DNA of 5,112 nucleotides from Tubiluchus corallicola (lineage: Eukaryota > Animalia > Priapulida), in the NCBI GenBank assembly GCA_030141605.1, contig JAQGDQ010002267.1, positions 1-5,112 of the forward strand, read 5' to 3'. How positions within the stretch are numbered: the first letter of the stretch is position 1; every line of letters begins with the position of its first letter. Positions 1 to 5,112 of the stretch are shown here, piece after piece. Below the pieces are notes generated by a model that saw nothing but the letters and a program-made list of their open reading frames with translations, searched no databases and was not told the DNA's origin. A program made the position numbers and the translations under genes.

Positions 1-817
1 ACTCACAGACGACATCGTCCGTATTAAAATGATGCTGAAGTTCATTTTGTACTCCAAATGAAATATTCACTTCTGTTCTATGTTTGGGTTGGAACCCTGT
101 CCATCCTTTAATACCGCTCCACTTTTCCCTGTTTGTTGGCGATCTTGAATGGTTACAGGATAATTTTCGCGTTCCTGGGAAAGCATTGAACTGTGATTTT
201 TCCTTGTTGCCGCCCTTACCGGCTTGAGCTGCGTTTGAAGCTACACGTTTTTTGCAGAAAGTTTGAGGTCTCATGAATCAGTTTGTTATTTTACTGCCGC
301 CTCAAACAAAGTGGTTTTGGTCTTCTCATCGTAATCAAATTTCTCTGAGAGGAGACCAGACGGTTCCTTGGCAGTTTTACTAGTAGCCAGGAAACTTTGT
401 CGTGTACGTCATCTGTCCAGATAGATCATGATGGTTGTTAGTGGAGTTGCGGAAGCGCAGACGTCCAGATTTACCAGTTTCCGTTGGAGAATGGAAATAC
501 CTAAAGAGATTGCCGCCGAAGTATGAGAACAAGGAACTTTTCTCGCTCCGTCCGCCATTTGCTGACTCCTAGAGTACAGGAGTGAACGGAGACGTTTTGG
601 AGATACTTGATCCACGTTTCTGGTTAACCATATGGTTTGGTGGAGTCTGCAATGCGTGTGCCCCAGCATACTGTTCCGGTGTGGTTTCTTGGTTTTAGAG
701 GTGTGTTCCTGGATAACTGGACCCACGGTACCACGACCTGATGATAGCCCATTGCTACAGCTGCAGTGACCGTGGAATTCATCTTTGGTAATTATCCTTT
801 CCTCTCTTCCTATTACA
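1..817 (-). mobile_element. Probable decayed LTR retrotransposon (Ty3/Gypsy-like) gag-protease remnant
   Basis: Visibly more GC-rich than the flank, with a sharp change near 820-830. Frameshifted minus-strand fragments run in gag-to-protease order: PETWIKYLQNV..KW (from 623), EKSSLFSYFGGNLFRYFHS, YDEKTKTTLFEAAV, MRPQTF (274), FKIANKQG and EVNISFGVQNELQHHFNTDDVVCE (retropepsin-like C-terminal strands). There are several stops and frameshifts and no intact D[ST]G motif. Recognised by eye only. Confidence 0.45.
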
Positions 818-1209
818 CCTGGGATGAGGTTAATTGAATTTTCATTATATGTATGCAAGTAAGTGATTTATAGAGATATTATTTTGGAATTACTATTAAA
901 TACTTTTTGCACGTTTTTATAAAAAAGCATTAACGTTTGTTTGTCCTTCTGTTCGTCCAGGTTATTTCTAAGCACAAAGGATAATGGCATAAAAATAGCA
1001 TCGGTTTTAATCAAACTACTTGGAACCTCGTTAAAGAAATTCTGGATAAAAACCCTTTGCCTTAAAAATTAGTATGGAAAAGGTTTTATAATCTTCTTTT
1101 GATTTTTCTTATCCACATTTGATGAACTCTGGCAAGCTCGGATAAAGCAAAAGACAACACTTATTTCGCATTCCTGGCAAAACCACTTATTCTTTTATAT
1201 AATACACTA

Positions 1210-1290
1210 TAGAGTGTCAAAAATGGTGCCAGTGGTCGTCACACGCGATATAGAAGCATGATGGAAATCCTACATTGCTCCTACATTCTA
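1210..1290. mobile_element. 81-bp insertion nested in the LINE remnant, with short imperfect inverted ends
   Basis: Ends are TAGAGTGT (1210-1217) and ACATTCTA (1283-1290), a 7 of 8 inverted match. Removing it joins LILLYNTL to VYSLF, restoring the expected LINE motif. It contains the direct repeat tcctacatt at 1268-1276 and 1279-1287. No clear target-site duplication. Confidence 0.35.
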
Positions 1291-2108
1291 GTATACAGTT
1301 TATTCTAACTACGTGTATATTTGATATGGGTCATCAAAAAATTTAGTCAAGTCGTTAAGACAAGAAAGTAGATTTGTAACATCAGATCCATATAGGGAAC
1401 CATATTGATCATTGCAAGTTCGCACATCCATGTACTGACTTTTACCTCACTTTAAATTTGACACCTTCTAACCTAAAGCAAGTGAGAACATACAATCAAT
1501 ATGGCCGTAATGCATTTACCAAACAAGCTGTATATCTATTGAATGCTCTCCCTTTAGAAATTAAACGAGCTGATTTGTTGACGTTGTTTTGAAATTAGGA
1601 AAGAAATATACAAGCGACAGATACCTATTGTACCAAAATGATAACATTCGTTCAAACCCATTTTTCATTTTCCCACTCCACCAATATTATTGTACATCTG
1701 AATTGCAGATTTAAGAAATAATATAATTCTATTCCATTATCTGTGTATAATAAACGAGTTATCTTTGATACACAAGTTAAATTTTATTGTATCATAGTCA
1801 ATTTTATTCTTTATTTCGATTGTAGTCCCTGTAAAATTTATTTAAATTTGTGTGTACTAACTGTGTATAAAATGTTCCAATGTTGTATAAAAGTTCTGGT
1901 GATGTCCTTCTGTGTATCTTTTTAATATTGCATGTACTTATAATTTTAATATTTTAACCTGCACTTTGTGTGGTTTCTTTCACTATATAATTTGCACCAT
2001 AAGCATTTGCCAGTAAGCAGTGTTGGTTTTTTTAATTATTATCACTGGATGATGAATTTGCAATGATTTCACTGTTCTCATCTGTTTTATCTGAAAAATA
2101 AAAGAAGA

Positions 2109-2111
<3 letters not shown>

Positions 2112-2151
<40 letters not shown>
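2112..2151. repeat. (TA)20 microsatellite
   Basis: Perfect 40-nt TA run read directly from the sequence, flanked by ctg and cag. Confidence 0.98.
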
Positions 2152-2154
<3 letters not shown>

Positions 2155-2334
2155 CATATGTGTATGACTGCTTGGATTTAGTGGTAATTAGCCCGCCATA
2201 CTCATCTTGTTATTGTTGTGACCAGCTAGAATTAAAATAACTTTTGCATTGCTGTTTCAGTCTGGATGAAATTTGGCAATGTCGCGCTGTAAGGAGAATA
2301 AATACGTAGTGGTAAAACTACGATTGTATGAGTC

Positions 2335-2700
2335 GAACAAATTTCACTCCAAATAAATTAGAATATTTGCAAATGGTGTTCTTAGCTGTTAAAGTTAAGC
2401 AATGCCAAGCCTGGCGAATGACTGCCTGGGAATCTTACTCTGTAACGATTTCTTTCACAATAGTGCCTGGTTTTCACTCGTTTATGGAGAATATACATGC
2501 ATCCGAATGCTCTCAATAACTCCTTTATCCCAATGAATAAAAATTTTCCCGCAAACACTATCAGCTAGCAGACTCCATTGATGAATACTTCCTAACAGGC
2601 TTGTAGTATGCTAACGACCTGTACAAAATCTTGTGGCGTATAATTTATCCAGCAAATCAACCCATTTTTACAATTCTTCTTTTGAATCGATAACATTGTG
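2335..2700 (-). mobile_element. Possible heavily decayed LINE reverse-transcriptase fragment
   Basis: Minus-strand fragments lie in RT order: VIDSKEEL*KWVDLLDKLYA (resembling D..KAFD.VDH..LL.KL), KGVIESI, IFSINE (resembling IYIND), WHCLTLTAKNT (resembling W...L.LN..KT) and LFGVKF (resembling YLGV.F). No YADD motif is retained and each match is weak. Confidence 0.35.
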
Positions 2701-2848
2701 ATAATTTTTTTAAATGGTACATATTTTTGGTTTGATTAAGCACGTGGGCTAGAGTATTACTAAACTGAGAAACAGCGTGGGAAAGAGAAAAAGATATCAA
2801 ACGCTTTATCTTCCTGAAACAGCAGATTTTGCAATTAAAAACACAATC

Positions 2849-2993
2849 GCCTTTTTTCTACTAAAAAGTCTTTCTGGGAAATGATTTTCCTGTGAAACAA
2901 GCTTTCCCGGAAAAATACTTTCTGGCAAGTTAATTTTGTTCTGGAAAATGGTTTTTCTATGACAAAAATTTTCTGTGAAACACTTTCTGTAAT
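2849..2993. repeat. Degenerate minisatellite, ~16-bp period, about 9 units (core TTTC-TGKG-AAA)
   Basis: Units include aaagtctttctgggaa, atgattttcctgtgaa, acaagctttcccggaa, aaatactttctggcaa, atggtttttctatgac, aaaaattttctgtgaa and acactttctgtaa. The (T)TTC cores end at 2858, 2874, 2889, 2906, 2922, 2941, 2957, 2973 and 2987. Confidence 0.8.
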
Positions 2994-3396
2994 GTACATA
3001 AACCAACAACGCAAGTGCCATCCATGTCCAAAAAGGGCAGAAACAATATTGACTAACTATTTTAGATTTTAACCTCCAGATGGCATCTTGTAACTAAAGC
3101 ATCAGACAATCTTTACCATCATTATAATCTACTCTGTATAATACATTGTGCATTGCAGGTCAGAATTTTTAAATTACATATTCCTTGAAATGTTAACAGA
3201 AAGAACATACTGCAATTGACCAAAAGTGCATGGTTCATTGATGTAAAATGCACACGCACAATACATCCAGGTGACACAGAATAGAGAAAATTTAATTCTG
3301 GGATACAGCACACCACTCAAGGCAACAATATGCAAGCCATGAAACAACTTTAACCACAAATGAATCACTAACAACAAATTTCTGGATACGTAATTT

Positions 3397-3402
3397 TTTA
3401 TT
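3397..3402 (-). promoter_or_regulatory. Candidate TIM23 polyadenylation signal AATAAA (distal)
   Basis: tttatt on the plus strand, about 500 nt after the stop codon. On the minus strand it is followed by a GU-rich tract (ttgttgttagtgattcatttgtggtt, ~3378-3352) at the spacing expected for a downstream element. Confidence 0.5.
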
Positions 3403-3465
3403 ACTTGCACAACAAATGAAAAATAACAGCTACTTCCTGTTTGGCAATGTGGTGTGCATATAATT

Positions 3466-3471
3466 TTTATT
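3466..3471 (-). promoter_or_regulatory. Candidate TIM23 polyadenylation signal AATAAA (proximal)
   Basis: First canonical AATAAA I found on the minus strand after the stop codon (about 440 nt downstream). No clear GU-rich element follows it. Confidence 0.35.
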
Positions 3472-3908
3472 TTACGATTACCTGATATCACAGTATAAAG
3501 GTACTCGGTATAACAGTAGGGCTAAAAAGGTCCTCAGAATGATCAAAGTGGCAATGTAAAAAGTATTAGTATGTACTAACACACTTTTTCCTTGCATTAG
3601 ATAAAAAGAGGCACGTGTTACACAGTTTTACAATAATGACTGCCACTGACATAAAACATTTGCTTATAAGTATGTGTATAATAATGTTTCGTTTTGAACT
3701 ACCATTAATTGCTATTATAGAACAAGCATTTAGGTTCATTTATAGTAAGGAAATACATTACAAGAAAATGACAAAACCAATCTTCTAACAAAAAGCTATG
3801 CGGAATCATTATTTGCAACAATCCAATTTCAATGAATGATTTTGCTTAATATATAAAAACTCTTCTACATAGATGGCTAACCGGATTAATTACAGATCTA
3901 ATTCACAA

Positions 3909-4030
3909 TCATAAGCTAAACTTGTCAGCTCCAACTATTTCTTTGAGTCTATCTTTACTTGTCCAGAAACAATAGGCGAGAGAGATACCTAGACCAGCAG
4001 CGCCACCTCTAGCACATTTTCGTAAACCAG
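3909..4030 (-). CDS. TIMM23: Tim23 terminal coding exon
   Basis: Follows the acceptor ttccttttgattttttcag at 4031. The G from the upstream exon plus CT gives Ala, then GLRKCARGGAAGLGISLAYCFWTSKDRLKEIVGADKFSL-TGA (stop at 3911-3909). This matches the Tim23 C-terminal TM segment (human GGLRGIARGGLTGLTL...). Splice phase is consistent with the upstream exon. Confidence 0.93.
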
Positions 4031-4939
4031 CTGAAAAAATCAAAAGGAACATCTAAAGCAAGGTAAATGTTAGAACAATATGAGCAGCACACTAATTGCT
4101 TTATTTAACTATGTGCTTTTATTGCTCTGTTCCAAATGTGGGCAGGAAAAAAGTACATTTTCAGTAAAAGGCAGAAAATTTATAGTACTGGACATTGCAT
4201 AGCTGGTTTGCTATACATGAGAAAAACATGAATAGTGTAAGACTAGAGACAGAACAATTTACAATAACTACATTTAAATTCGATTTGAGTGTTAAGTGCT
4301 ATAAAAATCTTAAAATTTGGGTAGATTTTGGACTTACTACACTTGTGAAAGAAATTCACGAGTTATACTTATAGGTTGTGGTAAAACAAGCATAAAATAC
4401 ACATGCACACATACATGGACATTTTAAAAGCTCATTTTATCATTTTGACCTGATAAAACCAGTTAGGCCAATTTCACACAAACACAGAGGGCAAGAGGCA
4501 ACAGTGATGTTTATATTCATAAAAGCGAATAAATTTTTTATTATTTATTTAACGTTTATGTCAGTACATAAAAAGAATAAATAACAAGTGCATATAATTA
4601 TTATGTATTTATGTTCACATACTGTGAAGCAGTTAGTGGCTACGTTAAAAATGAACAGTTAAGCCTATTAATTGAAAAGTAGTGAATGCCAGATCTAGCT
4701 AGACGCGCATAACAAACTCTGTGCCTTCTGTGTGAAATGAACATTTTTGCTACGTGTGATATCATGGAAGAATAGACTTTTTTCTGAAAAATCTTCCAAT
4801 TTTGAGAGAGCAATTCTGTGCATCACCTGTGTGAAATGGGCCTTTGAAAGCATTTGCAAGATGACAGCTATCTCGGTTATCTAAGGGCACGTGAAAAAAA
4901 TCAGATTTAATGTATCATGAATTTAATTAAATAGAATAC
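4031..4939 (-). other. TIMM23: Last intron of TIM23 (909 nt, phase 1, GT-AG)
   Basis: GTATTC donor at 4939-4934; polypyrimidine tract and CAG ending at 4031. Splicing restores the conserved LYKSSAGLRKC reading. Confidence 0.9.
4466..4842. mobile_element. Non-autonomous DNA transposon (MITE), PIF/Harbinger-like, inside the TIM23 intron
   Basis: Left terminus GGCCAATTTCACACA (4466-4480) and right terminus TGTGTGAAATGGGCC (4828-4842; reverse complement GGCCCATTTCACACA) match at 14 of 15 positions. Flanks are TTA (4463-4465) and TTT (4843-4845), close to the TTA/TAA 3-bp target duplication of Harbinger. The interior is AT-rich and non-coding. Confidence 0.7.
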
Positions 4940-5109
4940 CAGATGATTTATACAGCAACCCTGTTGCTGTGCCAGATGCTATAGTATTTAGTTCATCATC
5001 TGTGCCACGTAACCATGACAACAACACACCAAATGCACTATACATGACTGCTATACAACCCAAACCATTGGCAGCTGCAGCACCACGTCTTGTAATAAAG
5101 TTGAACATT
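4940..5109 (-). CDS. TIMM23: Tim23 mitochondrial import inner membrane translocase, penultimate coding exon (gene continues beyond the right edge of the window)
   Basis: Translates to MFNFITRRGAAAANGLGCIAVMYSAFGVLLSWLRGTDDELNTIASGTATGLLYKSS. This matches the Tim17/22/23 family core as in human TIMM23 (ILNMVTRQGALWANTLGSLALLYSAFG...RGAEDDLNTVAAGTMTGMLYK). A candidate acceptor CAG lies at 5112-5110 and a donor G|GTATTC at 4940/4939. The ATG at 5108 is internal, not the start codon. The 5' boundary is less certain because it is at the window edge. Confidence 0.95.
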
Positions 5110-5112
5110 CTG

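Larger units (their letters stand above)
991..2151 (+). mobile_element. Degraded non-LTR retrotransposon (CR1/L2-group-like LINE): ORF2 fragments, 3' UTR and tail
   Basis: Collinear ORF2-like motifs: TTWNLVKEILDKN (W at 1021), TFDELWQARIK (1115), LILLYNTL (1186-1209), a frameshifted CI..IWG-like stretch (~1314-1330), RFVTSDPYRE (~1369-1398) and NLKQVRTYNQYGRNAFTKQAVYLLNALPLEIKRADLLTLF (1470-1589; typical YG..F...L(W)N.LP.EI C-terminus). These are followed by a T-rich UTR-like stretch, AATAAA at 2097-2102 and a simple-repeat tail. Confidence 0.7.

Noticed and set aside
286-411. In-frame TGA at 411-409 followed by 40 more open codons (possible selenocysteine or readthrough)
   Set aside because: No selenoprotein-like context and no recognisable SECIS; better explained by a decayed, frameshifted retroelement.
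500-575. DGARKVPCSHTSAA resembling a SWIM zinc finger, overlapping a YY1-like CCGCCATTT (552-560)
   Set aside because: The CxC is not at SWIM spacing, the other frames fit gag better, and a single short motif is not evidence of a promoter.
1288-1292. CTAG|T as a Helitron 3' end
   Set aside because: No GC-rich subterminal hairpin and no matching A|TC 5' end.
1743-1925. 60-aa plus-strand ORF
   Set aside because: No ATG start (begins GTG), low-complexity T-rich sequence within the LINE 3' UTR-like region, and no recognisable protein.
2049-2094. ATGATGA...CTGA resembling C/D-box snoRNA boxes
   Set aside because: Only 46 nt, no terminal stem, no host intron on this strand, and it lies in the LINE tail.
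2328-2519. 63-aa plus-strand ORF
   Set aside because: No recognisable homology; it lies antisense to the possible RT remnant.
2530-2552. CCAAT plus E2F-like TTTCCCGC as a promoter
   Set aside because: Short motifs expected by chance, inside probable repeat-derived sequence, with no adjacent gene start.
2806-3021. 71-aa minus-strand ORF, and the array as a CRISPR-like locus
   Set aside because: The ORF is a by-product of the 16-bp tandem repeat. There are no unique spacers, the units are too short and the context is eukaryotic.
3122-3491. 64-aa and 105-aa minus-strand ORFs
   Set aside because: Both begin at GTG rather than ATG, have AT-rich UTR-like composition, overlap the TIM23 3' end region and show no recognisable domains.
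4923-5108. 61-aa ORF as a stand-alone small protein
   Set aside because: It is an internal TIM23 exon; the Met is internal and the GILFN tail comes from reading past the splice donor.

Overview
This is AT-rich eukaryotic (probably invertebrate animal) genomic DNA, not prokaryotic. The only well-supported gene is the 3' end of TIM23 (mitochondrial inner-membrane translocase subunit) on the minus strand. It has a penultimate exon at 5109-4940, a 909-nt phase-1 GT-AG intron, a last coding exon at 4030-3909 that the ORF track misses, and a 3' UTR with AATAAA candidates at 3471-3466 and 3402-3397. The intron holds a ~377-bp PIF/Harbinger-like MITE with 15-bp inverted termini. The region downstream of the gene (1-3000) is a mosaic of decayed repeats: a probable Ty3/Gypsy gag-protease remnant (minus), a 3' LINE remnant (plus) ending in AATAAA and (TA)20 with an 81-bp nested insertion, a possible second LINE RT remnant (minus), and a ~16-bp-period minisatellite whose units resemble STAT sites. 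I see no convincing previously undescribed system. The repeat family assignments come from motifs recognised by eye and need a database search.
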